Source: a virus. From it: a stretch of 64,000 nt of DNA. Position numbers and translations under genes: made by a program. Positions 1 through 8,259 of the stretch are shown here, piece by piece. Where the stretch lies: positions 64,001-128,000 of the IMG/VR virus record IMGVR_UViG_3300027861_000001; one strand, written 5' to 3'. The notes below the pieces were generated by a model. That model did not search any database and had not been told where the DNA came from. It saw only the letters and a program-made list of their open reading frames with translations. How positions within the stretch are numbered: position 1 is the first letter of the stretch; each line of letters starts with the position of its first letter.

Positions 1-215
1 CTTCTAACTCCAGTATACATCCCTGTTCTTTTAACTCCACCATATGTTGTGGCTCCTACCTCAACATAAGATTCCTCGTATTCATTAGTTGACCAAGTGT
101 TGTGGTCAAACGATGTCCAAATATCGTAAGAATCTGTCATGTTCCCTGAACCACACTTTGCTGGATCATCTCCTGATACTGGATAATTCCAACTACCCGC
201 TGTAAATATTCCCAT
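1..215 (-). CDS. N-terminal part of a hypothetical (probably structural or surface) protein, running off the window
   Basis: ATG at 215 after GGAG; open frame MGIFTAGSWNYPVSGDDPAKCG... to the edge. Confidence 0.6.
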   Translation of the reverse strand, partial: MGIFTAGSWNYPVSGDDPAKCGSGNMTDSYDIWTSFDHNTWSTNEYEESYVEVGATTYGGVKRTGMYTGVR

Positions 216-224
216 ATTGTTCTC

Positions 225-1340
225 CTATGTTATATCCGTATCAGTCCAATCACCAGGTGTAAACGCCGCAGAAACACCATCAGCCTCATAACTCTCATTA
301 CTATCACCAAAATCTCTACAAAAAGTTCCATCAGGTATCCAAAGAAGGTGGTCTTTATCTGCTGTTAATGATGGGTGACCAATTTCTATAGAGCAATCTC
401 CAGTAAATATCGGGGTTATCGGTACTTGTGTTTCTTTATAAAATCCTTCTCCTTGTACCCCTTCCCACAACTCAATATCGTTTAAACTTGCTCCGCTCAC
501 AAGTTTTATCGGACGATCATACACAAATCTAAGGTGTGTATTTATAGCTGGTGCTGTGGTTACACCACGACCAACAGTCCAACTTGTAAGATGCGGAGGA
601 TCAAAATATACGTCACGATGGTACATTTGAACCTCTCCAAATGTTACATAGGGTTCAAATCTAATCCATTTTCCACTACTAGTCCACGGATCACCATAAG
701 CTGGATACTCTATTACTTCTCTTATTCCTAAAACTAAATAAATGGTCTCTGTGTAAGATTGGCTATTAAAGATTGAAAGACCAGCAGAGTTTACGTTAAA
801 AGTAACGTGGTTGTCGTCCACATAAGAGTCTAAGTCTATATAAGTATCACAGATTAACGTTGCGTTCTGGTTTATTGTCTTAAAGTCTGCCTCACTATGA
901 TTAATCCCAGTAACAGTGTATAATCCTAAACTACAACCAGAGAGCCAAGAATAAGCACTATCTTTTTCACCATATACTTCCACTGCTAAACTTTGCAGTT
1001 CGTTAACACCATATCTTTCTGGATAACAAGAACCGTATCCGTATCTGTCAACTCCCCAAATAGTATGGTAACAACGAGAATACTTACTATCAGCCTCAGT
1101 AGATAATTCAACCGCTCCAGCGTAATGATAAAAAGATTGATAAGAGTCATGCCAATCTCCGCCCCAAGTGAACCAATAATAACCCCACTCGGTCTCTTCC
1201 CAGTTTCCATCTGCTTGAACTAGTTGTAATAGCGTCAATGGTGATGGGTGTGGGGAAAGAGACGTATCAAAAGCAGTCTCCGCACTAAGCACAATATTAC
1301 TAGGAGAAGCATTACTTCCGGCCCATCTTTCTGTCCACAT
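225..1340 (-). CDS. Hypothetical W/Y/T-rich protein with a possible C-terminal bacterial Ig-like domain
   Basis: 371-aa ORF; PPHLTSWT...INTHLRFVYDRPI...HPSLTADKDHLLWIPDG resembles a Big_5/SbsA-type Ig module. Confidence 0.55.
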   Translation of the reverse strand: MWTERWAGSNASPSNIVLSAETAFDTSLSPHPSPLTLLQLVQADGNWEETEWGYYWFTWGGDWHDSYQSFYHYAGAVELSTEADSKYSRCYHTIWGVDRYGYGSCYPERYGVNELQSLAVEVYGEKDSAYSWLSGCSLGLYTVTGINHSEADFKTINQNATLICDTYIDLDSYVDDNHVTFNVNSAGLSIFNSQSYTETIYLVLGIREVIEYPAYGDPWTSSGKWIRFEPYVTFGEVQMYHRDVYFDPPHLTSWTVGRGVTTAPAINTHLRFVYDRPIKLVSGASLNDIELWEGVQGEGFYKETQVPITPIFTGDCSIEIGHPSLTADKDHLLWIPDGTFCRDFGDSNESYEADGVSAAFTPGDWTDTDIT

Positions 1341-1579
1341 TAATGTTCACCTCCAGACTCTGTCCAACAACGAAATCTTTCTTCACACTTTTTACATCTT
1401 ATTTGGTTACACCCAATACCTTTGCTTCTAACAAAGTCATAATACTCGTCACACGCACCACGTTCCCTACACATTTCCCTTCTCCATTTGTTCAAAGGAA
1501 TCCAATCACACCAAGCAGTATCATAATACGTACATTTTCGTTGTATACAAAAATTATCTCTCTTTTGTTCGTCATTCAT
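1340..1579 (-). CDS. Small Cys-rich protein with CxxCxxRFxCWT tag
   Basis: Start trimmed to MNDEQ (ATG 1579) because the longer ORF reads through tRNA-Pro; ends CKKCEERFRCWTESGGEH. Confidence 0.7.
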   Translation of the reverse strand: MNDEQKRDNFCIQRKCTYYDTAWCDWIPLNKWRREMCRERGACDEYYDFVRSKGIGCNQIRCKKCEERFRCWTESGGEH

Positions 1580-1580
1580 G

Positions 1581-1654
1581 TCGGAGCAAAAGGATTTGAA
1601 CCTTTGACTTCTGCGCCCCAAACGCAGTGCTCTACCAAACTGAGCTATACTCCG
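1581..1654 (-). tRNA. tRNA-Pro(TGG)
   Basis: CGGAGTA/TGCTCCG acceptor, CTGCG-TTTGGGG-CGCAG anticodon arm, GGTTCAAATCC T arm. Confidence 0.93.
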
Positions 1655-2043
1655 TCGTACCAATTAAGTTGTTTAGCAGTTCTCCTTCTGTGACAATTAG
1701 CACACAGAACTCTACACTTATTTAGTTCCCTGCTTATCTTACCCCAAGAATAATTATTTTTTACCATATTGGAAACAGTATCAAATTTATCTATGCTTGC
1801 TCTGTGGTCAAAATCTAAGACTACAAAATCACTCTCACCACAATCCTCACATGGGTGAGTTAAACAATACTCTCTTAGTTTTAGATATTTTGTAAGTCTC
1901 CTAATCTTAGCGTTTTTATTTTTTGCTTTTTTAATTTTTTCTTTATTTTTATGATAGTAATTTCTATCATACACTTGTTTGCATGATCTACAGTATGGAC
2001 TATGTTTTAATCTATTGTTTTTACCGCACTTGTAACATTCCAT
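1645..2043 (-). CDS. HNH endonuclease
   Basis: CEDCG...LDFDH...CRVLCANCHRRRT motif plus N-terminal Zn ribbon. Confidence 0.85.
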   Translation of the reverse strand: MECYKCGKNNRLKHSPYCRSCKQVYDRNYYHKNKEKIKKAKNKNAKIRRLTKYLKLREYCLTHPCEDCGESDFVVLDFDHRASIDKFDTVSNMVKNNYSWGKISRELNKCRVLCANCHRRRTAKQLNWYDGV

Positions 2044-2190
2044 TTAATCAGTCCAACATCTAAATCTTTCTTTACATTTTTCGCATTTCATTCTGAAGCA
2101 AACAGCTTTTGCTGCTGGTGGTAAGTCTCTTACAGTGTCAAGTAAAGTCTTCACTAAAACAATACAGACAATAATAAATAGTAAATCCAT
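2044..2190 (-). CDS. 48-aa protein with hydrophobic N-terminus and CxxCxxRFxCWT tag (not in ORF track)
   Basis: Manual translation MDLLFIIVCIVLVKTLLDTVRDLPPAAKAVCFRMKCEKCKERFRCWTD. Confidence 0.7.
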   Translation of the reverse strand: MDLLFIIVCIVLVKTLLDTVRDLPPAAKAVCFRMKCEKCKERFRCWTD

Positions 2191-2204
2191 CTGCTGTTAT
2201 TTAC

Positions 2205-2447
2205 TTATTGATTTTTTTCTACATAATCTTGATAACTGTCGTCCAACTCAATAGCTGTTTTTGCAGCAACAATTAGGGACGCAGCAAGCACTAGTGCTTC
2301 CTCAATTGTCAAATCAAAGCTTCCTTCTCTAACATATCCATGAGTAGCTCTATTCAAATCAATAGGATTTTCATACAGCATTACTCTAGTTCCTTCTAGA
2401 ATCACTAAAACATCAGGGCCTTCCCCCCAAGTACATTCAGCTCTCAT
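2205..2447 (-). CDS. Hypothetical protein
   Basis: 80-aa ORF packed in the minus-strand operon. Confidence 0.65.
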   Translation of the reverse strand: MRAECTWGEGPDVLVILEGTRVMLYENPIDLNRATHGYVREGSFDLTIEEALVLAASLIVAAKTAIELDDSYQDYVEKNQ

Positions 2448-2769
2448 TATATGCTCTCACTTTTCTGACCCACTCTAACCATAAGCTGTCTTCTTTTTTC
2501 TCAGCAGTGTTTCTTATGGTCATTATTTCTTCTCGTATGCTCTTTCCTAAGTCCCAACACTTTTCACAACAAAAGTTTGGGTAATCACACGTAAATCTTG
2601 GGTTATCTAGGTTACAATCATAGTCAAAAAGTACAGCACAAAACGTACAAACATCAACCTTACCACACATGACACACTCTTTAACGCTTACTCCTGTGTT
2701 GTTGCTGCGTCCACAAACATCACACACAGTTTCTGTTATTGTTATACTCTCTACTTTTTCTGTTCTCAT
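2437..2769 (-). CDS. Zn-finger protein
   Basis: CDVC...CVMCGKVDVCTFC...CCEKC. Confidence 0.7.
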   Translation of the reverse strand: MRTEKVESITITETVCDVCGRSNNTGVSVKECVMCGKVDVCTFCAVLFDYDCNLDNPRFTCDYPNFCCEKCWDLGKSIREEIMTIRNTAEKKEDSLWLEWVRKVRAYNES

Positions 2770-2774
2770 TTTAG

Positions 2775-3347
2775 TTACTCTATGTTATCAACTAAACCCA
2801 TAAATAAAGCTTGATCCGCACTCAAAAAATTAGGATGGTCTGTTTTCATTAAATTATACCAATAGTCAGCCTTGTGATATTGTTCCTCGTCTGAAGTATT
2901 TTTTTCTGCATACACCTGAGCCGATTGAGTTGTTAACCCTTTCATGTACTCCATATATTCTTCGCTCCCCTTCATGTCTGTCTCCTGTGCAGAACGCATA
3001 CCGTGAACCATTAACCAAGAATGTTCACTAACTACTCTTTCATCGCACGTTTGAAGAATATCTAACATCATACTCATTGCGTGTCCATATACTTTACCAA
3101 CCACTCTAACACCTTTTGATTGAGCATATCTAATAGAAGCTACTATACCCAAGCCTGACTCCACATCTCCGCCAGGAGAATTCATTACTATAGTAATGTC
3201 ATTACATGCAACATCTACTTTGTTCGCTAATAGTAGAATATCTTGTGTTGCTATGGTTGCCATTACTGAGTCTACGTGTCCGGTTAGTACTATTATTCCT
3301 TGGTCACGAAGAAGTTTTCTCTCTTTGTCTTTTTCCTCAAATATCAT
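2775..3347 (-). CDS. clpP: ClpP-like serine peptidase
   Basis: IVMNSPGGDV, GHAMSM (catalytic Ser), LMVHG, FLSADQALFMGLVDNI. Confidence 0.85.
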   Translation of the reverse strand: MIFEEKDKERKLLRDQGIIVLTGHVDSVMATIATQDILLLANKVDVACNDITIVMNSPGGDVESGLGIVASIRYAQSKGVRVVGKVYGHAMSMMLDILQTCDERVVSEHSWLMVHGMRSAQETDMKGSEEYMEYMKGLTTQSAQVYAEKNTSDEEQYHKADYWYNLMKTDHPNFLSADQALFMGLVDNIE

Positions 3348-3370
3348 TTACGATCTCCTACAAATTAATA

Positions 3371-3643
3371 CTAAACACACCACCCACAACAACCAAATGA
3401 GACTTTCTCTGCTACTTTCTCAGCAATTTCATTATATTCGTTTATAGTTATACCATATTTGGTTAACACATCTTCGCTAGTTGGTTTAATGTCTGCCCGC
3501 ATGTCACCACAAGCATAATCTTCAGCAAGATGAGGAGCGTGATCATACTGGTCTACAAAGTCATCCATGTCTGCATTAATGTTATTTATACTAAATTTAC
3601 GCAATGCACAAAGAGCACTATAACTTTCTATCTTCAATTTCAT
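3371..3643 (-). CDS. Hypothetical protein ending CCGWCV
   Basis: 90-aa ORF with GGAG RBS. Confidence 0.7.
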   Translation of the reverse strand: MKLKIESYSALCALRKFSINNINADMDDFVDQYDHAPHLAEDYACGDMRADIKPTSEDVLTKYGITINEYNEIAEKVAEKVSFGCCGWCV

Positions 3644-3652
3644 CTTGATCTC

Positions 3653-3880
3653 CTATTCAGTATAACATTCAAACCTTACTTTACAATTATTACATTCTGA
3701 CATATCGAATTTTTTATTGTTTGTACACCAAATCCACGCACCGACGTTGTTCTTACATTTTGGACATGTGGTACAATACTTATCTACCCAAAACACATCT
3801 AAATAATCTTCATACGACAAAGGAAAACCACACTTTGGACAAGTTGCAAAAGCATATTTTTCCAACTTTTCCCTATCCAT
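3653..3880 (-). CDS. Zn-ribbon protein with CxxCxxRFxCYT tag
   Basis: Two CPKC motifs, ends CNNCKVRFECYTE. Confidence 0.75.
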   Translation of the reverse strand: MDREKLEKYAFATCPKCGFPLSYEDYLDVFWVDKYCTTCPKCKNNVGAWIWCTNNKKFDMSECNNCKVRFECYTE

Positions 3881-3881
3881 G

Positions 3882-3954
3882 TAGTGCTAGGGGGAGTCGA
3901 ACCCACCGTTAGTAGGTTGAAAGCCTACTGTCATAACCGTTAGACCATAGCACC
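3882..3954 (-). tRNA. tRNA-Glu(TTC)
   Basis: GTAGG-CTTTCAA-CCTAC anticodon arm, GGTTCGACTCC. Confidence 0.9.
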
Positions 3955-3960
3955 TAGTTG

Positions 3961-4043
3961 TGGTAGCGGTAGGACTCGAACCCACGTAGCCCGTCGGGCG
4001 TCTGATCTACAGTCAGATGCAATTGCCACTCTGCCACACTACC
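3961..4043 (-). tRNA. tRNA-Tyr(GTA), long variable arm (bacterial type)
   Basis: TCTGA-CTGTAGA-TCAGA; variable hairpin GCCCGACGGGC. Confidence 0.93.
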
Positions 4044-4049
4044 TTTTTG

Positions 4050-4123
4050 TACCAACGGATGGACTCGAACCATCACTAATCCAATTTTAAGTCGGACGCC
4101 TCTGCCAATTGGGCTACGCTGGC
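4050..4123 (-). tRNA. tRNA-Leu(TAA), short variable loop
   Basis: TCCGA-CTTAAAA-TTGGA; D arm GCCCAATTGGCAGAGGC. Confidence 0.9.
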
Positions 4124-4129
4124 TTATGT

Positions 4130-4206
4130 TGGTGTCAGTGGAAGGAGTCGAACCTTCAACATTTCGGGTTTGAGCCGAACACCTCTACCAATTGGGTTAC
4201 ACTGAC
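4130..4206 (-). tRNA. tRNA-Leu(CAA), short variable loop, CCA encoded
   Basis: GTCAGTG/CACTGAC-ACCA; TTCGG-CTCAAAC-CCGAA. Confidence 0.92.
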
Positions 4207-4598
4207 TCGTCTAATTCATCATCATCTTCCGACATAATGCAATGCCCTGGACAATCTTCGGGGTTTTTCCCCATCCACTTTTCCACTGCTAGTATTCTAT
4301 CTTCTCCAAAAACGGTAAAGTTATATAATCCTGCAATCATAAGGAGATTTCCTAATCCTTTACCTTCTCCTCGTCTTTCTTCGTCTACTAATTCAAATAA
4401 GAGGTCTTCTGGAATTACTAACATATTACCACTTAACGCACCTCTCAACCACAACACCTCTGCCTTATCAGTCAAATAAAGATCACTATTGTCGTAATCT
4501 TTTTCTATATATCTTTCGTCAATTGGTAACTCTCCTTCTTTATAAAACGTTTGATCGCTATATATCTGCTTCCTCAGTTCGTCAAGAAAATCATCCAT
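4197..4598 (-). CDS. Hypothetical acidic protein
   Basis: Start trimmed to MDDFLDEL (AGGAGG RBS); TAA stop lies inside tRNA-Leu(CAA). Confidence 0.7.
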   Translation of the reverse strand: MDDFLDELRKQIYSDQTFYKEGELPIDERYIEKDYDNSDLYLTDKAEVLWLRGALSGNMLVIPEDLLFELVDEERRGEGKGLGNLLMIAGLYNFTVFGEDRILAVEKWMGKNPEDCPGHCIMSEDDDELDESV

Positions 4599-4619
4599 TG
4601 AAAACCTCCTAAATTTATG

Positions 4620-4690
4620 CACACCCATAAGGATTCGAACCCCAAGTTGGTGGGCTGGAGCCACCCGTGTTACCGTTACACTATGGATGC
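4620..4690 (-). tRNA. tRNA-Trp(CCA)
   Basis: GGTGG-CTCCAGC-CCACC; GGTTCGAATCC. Confidence 0.88.
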
Positions 4691-4694
4691 ATAT

Positions 4695-5018
4695 TTATGT
4701 TTTATTTCTCCACTCATCATCAAAATAATCCATCAATTCGGAAATTGTTGCTGTACTAACATCACTCAACGAGGTAGGTAAATTATTGGCGGTCATAATT
4801 TTAACCCACTTGTCGTGCCCTTTTTGTGCTGCTGCTTTTGTATCATACATTTCAACTATTACCCAATCACCATCACTATACCTTGGATGTTTTACTCCAG
4901 TTTCGTAAGGTTGTCTAGAGTCTGTTACTTTACACGTGTCTACTACTAAGTCTCCATCTTTGTAATTGTCCACCACTCTTTGCTCATAAGTACCCACCAT
5001 ATCAAAATAGTCAAACAT
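4695..5018 (-). CDS. Hypothetical protein
   Basis: 107-aa ORF, GGAGGGAAGG RBS. Confidence 0.75.
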   Translation of the reverse strand: MFDYFDMVGTYEQRVVDNYKDGDLVVDTCKVTDSRQPYETGVKHPRYSDGDWVIVEMYDTKAAAQKGHDKWVKIMTANNLPTSLSDVSTATISELMDYFDDEWRNKT

Positions 5019-5042
5019 CCTTCCCTCCCAAATTTATTTCCG

Positions 5043-5113
5043 CGCCGTGTAGGGGTATCGATCCCCTGCTCCCACCTTGACAGGATGGCGTTCTACCTTT
5101 AAACTAACACGAC
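5043..5113 (-). tRNA. tRNA-Asp(GTC)
   Basis: CCATC-CTGTCAA-GGTGG; T loop ATCGATA (A54). Confidence 0.85.
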
Positions 5114-5160
5114 TTTCTTAGAATAAACGTTTCACCTAGCTACTGCGTTTACTCTCATTC

Positions 5161-5457
5161 TTACAAATTATACTTCTCCAAAAATTCAATAAGCTTTGGT
5201 ACATCTTCGTCTCTTAAAATAAAGTCTCCTACTTGTCCATCACGCCCGCGCAGTGCACTCCAAGCTTGTTTTATCCTCCACTTTAAGTCTGCCTTACCAG
5301 CTAAATACATATTAAAATAAATGTGTGACCTTTCTCTACCGTCTCGTTCTTTACCATCGTATATCTCTACTTCTACATCCATTGAATGTTCTTGTGCCAT
5401 ACAATCACAAGGGAACCTCACAACGTCATAATCATTACTACAGTAAATTTGTTCCAT
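5161..5457 (-). CDS. Hypothetical protein
   Basis: 98-aa ORF with CDC...H motif, AGGAG RBS. Confidence 0.7.
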   Translation of the reverse strand: MEQIYCSNDYDVVRFPCDCMAQEHSMDVEVEIYDGKERDGRERSHIYFNMYLAGKADLKWRIKQAWSALRGRDGQVGDFILRDEDVPKLIEFLEKYNL

Positions 5458-5618
5458 CTTTCTCCTTTATGTATTTCTTTAACAAATCAAGTTACAGCGT
5501 ACTCCACAAGAATGCGTATTTCATCGGTTGTAAACTCACAACCTAGTGTACAAGTGTTATCTTCATTCTCTATTATTTCATTTATTTCCACTGTAACTAC
5601 TCCTTTTACTTAATATGA

Positions 5619-5846
5619 CTAAACATAATCCCACGATTTAGTCCAACACTCAAATCTTTCTTTACAAAAGTTACATTTCCTATCGTCTACTAACCTTCTT
5701 CTACACTGCCTAAAGTAAGCATCATTACCAAAAATTTGTGCTTTCATTTCTTCCCACATTTCTAATGTGAGTGCATCATCTGTTGGGCCTAGCTTTTCCC
5801 CATACACCTTTTCAAAGATTTCTTTGGTTACTACTTCTCTATCCAT
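5619..5846 (-). CDS. Small protein with CxxCxxRFxCWT tag
   Basis: Ends CNFCKERFECWTKSWDYV. Confidence 0.75.
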   Translation of the reverse strand: MDREVVTKEIFEKVYGEKLGPTDDALTLEMWEEMKAQIFGNDAYFRQCRRRLVDDRKCNFCKERFECWTKSWDYV

Positions 5847-5859
5847 TCATCAATCCTTG

Positions 5860-5930
5860 AGGTAGTGGAGAGAATCGAACTCCCTTGCCTTGGGTTGCAA
5901 CCAAGTACCTAGCCAGTCGGACACACTACC
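5860..5930 (-). tRNA. tRNA-Cys(GCA)
   Basis: GGTAGTG/CACTACC-T; CTTGG-TTGCAAC-CCAAG; U73. Confidence 0.9.
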
Positions 5931-6343
5931 TAATCCCACAAATGTTGGTAATACTTACCAAACAGCTCTACTCCGGTTTGAATTCTAAGTTCAACAGCTT
6001 TTAAACCTTCACTATCTACGTCTATGCCTGTAGACACTAATCTATTCCCTTCTGTTACCATATCACCAACAACTGTGTAAAACTCATCCTCCCAATCTCT
6101 ATCTCTGATGTGGTTGAAGCACCAAATCATTTCATTCAAGGCTTCTATCCAACCTTCAAAAGTTCCAAAATCGCTAGGATACCCATGTGTTGTATCTCTT
6201 AACTGCTCCAACATAGGAACTATTATTTCAGCCAAAGTAGCGTCCATGCTCCATGTGTCTTCTGGACTCAGCTCTACTACTATGTCTCTTACACCACCTT
6301 CGTCTGGATACTCTCCCATTTCTACTTTCATTTTATTTTCCAC
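5930..6343 (-). CDS. Conserved phage hypothetical protein
   Basis: DTWSMDATLAEIIVPML...HGYP...GVELFGKYYQHLWD, a pattern common in large phages. Confidence 0.75.
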   Translation of the reverse strand: MENKMKVEMGEYPDEGGVRDIVVELSPEDTWSMDATLAEIIVPMLEQLRDTTHGYPSDFGTFEGWIEALNEMIWCFNHIRDRDWEDEFYTVVGDMVTEGNRLVSTGIDVDSEGLKAVELRIQTGVELFGKYYQHLWD

Positions 6344-6695
6344 CTATCATTTCAGGATTTTCACAAACATTACCGATTATTGTGATAGCAAACCCAGCTC
6401 TAATACTGTCAGAAACCCACGCTAGGTTAAATCCACAACTTTCATCCCACCATTTGACAACGTGTTCATACTTATAACCTTCTCTTTGTAATATGTCACC
6501 GTTGTATATTTCTACTCCATTTCTATCTTTAAGACCGGTGTACTCTCCAACTGTTTCAGGGTCTACGGGAACAGCACCCTTATAATGGTCATAAATGTAC
6601 GTTACAGGGCCTTCTTCTTCTGATGTTGTAAAATATCCACCATATACCCACTTACCTGTTTTTAGGCACTTACCCCTGAATTTAATTTCTTTCAT
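6333..6695 (-). CDS. YopX-family protein
   Basis: MKEIKFRG...WVYG...TVGEYTGLKDRNGVEIYNGDI...IIGNVCENPE. Confidence 0.88.
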   Translation of the reverse strand: MKEIKFRGKCLKTGKWVYGGYFTTSEEEGPVTYIYDHYKGAVPVDPETVGEYTGLKDRNGVEIYNGDILQREGYKYEHVVKWWDESCGFNLAWVSDSIRAGFAITIIGNVCENPEMIGGK

Positions 6696-6707
6696 ATCTA
6701 TCCTTTG

Positions 6708-6780
6708 TGGACTCGGTACGACTCGAACGTACAACTTACTGCTTATGAGGCAGTTGCTCTAACCCTTGAACTACGAGTCC
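6708..6780 (-). tRNA. tRNA with CAT anticodon (elongator Met or lysidine-type Ile2)
   Basis: GGACTCG/CGAGTCC; ACTGC-CTCATAA-GCAGT. Confidence 0.88.
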
Positions 6781-6938
6781 TTAATTTCTGAAACATTAAG
6801 TAATTCTATTCCGACTATACCACCGTCTTCATCAATATCTATTATAATGTCTTCAGTTATCTCTGTAGTCCTAGCTATTTCTTTGTCCGATACATAGACA
6901 TAAGCCGCTTCTGCTAATTTATCATATACTATTTTCAT
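6771..6938 (-). CDS. DUF2283-like protein
   Basis: MKIVYD...AAYVYV...IIIDIDEDGGIVGIELLN; stop inside the tRNA(CAT). Confidence 0.8.
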   Translation of the reverse strand: MKIVYDKLAEAAYVYVSDKEIARTTEITEDIIIDIDEDGGIVGIELLNVSEIKDS

Positions 6939-7165
6939 TCTTTTGTCCAACATTTGAATCTAAGTTCACATTTACTACATTTGGTTTCATCTCGTTCTTT
7001 GTATTTACTACAATAAAAAGGACAACGAGACTGATTAGTGGAATAAATGTTTTTATCTAGCTCATAACAATACCCCAACCAGCGTGATATATACGACGAA
7101 ATTTTTCTAGGTGCTGGGTCTAGTTTTCTACAATCACCACATTGATTCCATATTTTTTCAACCAT
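6935..7165 (-). CDS. Cys-rich protein with CxxCxxRFxCWT tag
   Basis: CGDC...GYC...CPFY; ends CSKCELRFKCWTKE. Confidence 0.75.
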   Translation of the reverse strand: MVEKIWNQCGDCRKLDPAPRKISSYISRWLGYCYELDKNIYSTNQSRCPFYCSKYKERDETKCSKCELRFKCWTKE

Positions 7166-7166
7166 G

Positions 7167-7240
7167 TAGACGTAGAGAGACTCGAACTCCCAACTCCCAG
7201 TTTAAAAGACTGGTACTCTACCCAGTTGAGTTATACGTCC
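7167..7240 (-). tRNA. tRNA-Lys(TTT)
   Basis: CCAGT-CTTTTAA-ACTGG; GTTCGAGTC. Confidence 0.92.
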
Positions 7241-7249
7241 TTAATTTCT

Positions 7250-7405
7250 TTATTTAGTCCAGCATTTGAATCTTTTTATACAAGTATCGCAACCATTAAG
7301 ATTACTGTCAAGAATTGTACGACAAATACTTATAAAGCGGTCATCCATTTCTGCTTTTTGTTTATAATACAAAGCTAAATACTGAAGTTTTTCTTCTTTA
7401 GTCAT
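7250..7405 (-). CDS. 51-aa protein with CxxCxxRFxCWT tag (not in ORF track)
   Basis: Manual translation MTKEEKLQYLALYYKQKAEMDDRFISICRTILDSNLNGCDTCIKRFKCWTK; GAGG RBS. Confidence 0.75.
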   Translation of the reverse strand: MTKEEKLQYLALYYKQKAEMDDRFISICRTILDSNLNGCDTCIKRFKCWTK

Positions 7406-7416
7406 TTTGTTCCTCG

Positions 7417-7490
7417 TACTAGCGGGAAGAGTCGAACTTCCAACACCTTGCTTCTAAGGCAAGTGCCTCTACCAATTGGGCTACGCTAGC
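7417..7490 (-). tRNA. tRNA-Leu(TAG), short variable loop
   Basis: CTTGC-CTTAGAA-GCAAG; GCTAGCG/CGCTAGT. Confidence 0.9.
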
Positions 7491-7948
7491 TCGCTTCTTA
7501 CCTTCATTAAAATTCTACCTAGTTTATTCTTTCCTTTTCCTTTACGCCTTACACGTTTTTCTCCAATGTATACGTAGCGAGGTGGAGGAGATACACCCCA
7601 AAACGTGTCTTTCCACCAGTTCCCTTCGTATAACCTTGCGTTACCTGTTTCCAGTAACCTTTCCTTTAAATAGGAATGATTAGTAAACTTTTGAGTAACT
7701 AAATCAGACATAACCAATAACTTAATTTCTTCCCAATCTGATCTTAACAAAACAGTTTTACCAACCTTCTTTGCTTTAGAAGCAGACTCGCAATTAAGTA
7801 TCTTTTCTCTTTCTTCCAAATCCAAAGTTTTGGCTGCTTGGTATGCATGTTCTACTGATGGATAGTTTACTCCATCTAACGTAACAACTGTTGACCAAAA
7901 ATTAGATAAAAATCTATGTTTTCCTACAAACTCTGTGATATCTTCCAT
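7481..7948 (-). CDS. NADAR (YbiA-like) family protein
   Basis: FLSNF...YPSVEHAYQAAK...KF...LLETG...EGNWWKDTFWG...GKNKLGRILMKVR. Confidence 0.92.
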   Translation of the reverse strand: MEDITEFVGKHRFLSNFWSTVVTLDGVNYPSVEHAYQAAKTLDLEEREKILNCESASKAKKVGKTVLLRSDWEEIKLLVMSDLVTQKFTNHSYLKERLLETGNARLYEGNWWKDTFWGVSPPPRYVYIGEKRVRRKGKGKNKLGRILMKVRSELA

Positions 7949-8158
7949 TTATAAAGTCTCTCCATTAACTAGTGGTAAATACTTGGCTGCATCTTCAATG
8001 TCTACTACTGGTCTGAGTAACACGTCAATTGTATAAGAATCAAACTTGAGTGAGTAACCTCTTACACATTTTTTATCGTGCCACATAACTCTGTGTATTT
8101 TAGCATCTACTTTAACTGGGTTATTATTTTTATCATATATACTATATACAGCTTGCAT
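7949..8158 (-). CDS. Hypothetical protein
   Basis: Start trimmed to MQAVYS, AAGGAG RBS. Confidence 0.6.
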   Translation of the reverse strand: MQAVYSIYDKNNNPVKVDAKIHRVMWHDKKCVRGYSLKFDSYTIDVLLRPVVDIEDAAKYLPLVNGETL

Positions 8159-8176
8159 AATTCTCCTTTCTTTCTG

Positions 8177-8251
8177 CATCCTCGGAGAGACTCGAACTCT
8201 CAGCCTTTGGTTTCGAAGACCACTGCTCTAAATCCATTGAGCTACGAGGAT
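8177..8251 (-). tRNA. tRNA-Arg(TCG)
   Basis: ATCCTCG/CGAGGAT; TGGT-CTTCGAA-ACCA. Confidence 0.9.
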
Positions 8252-8259
8252 TCCTATGT

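Noticed and set aside
5121-5154. Hairpin upstream of tRNA-Asp as a tRNA remnant or terminator
   Set aside because: No cloverleaf and no U-tract; function cannot be supported.
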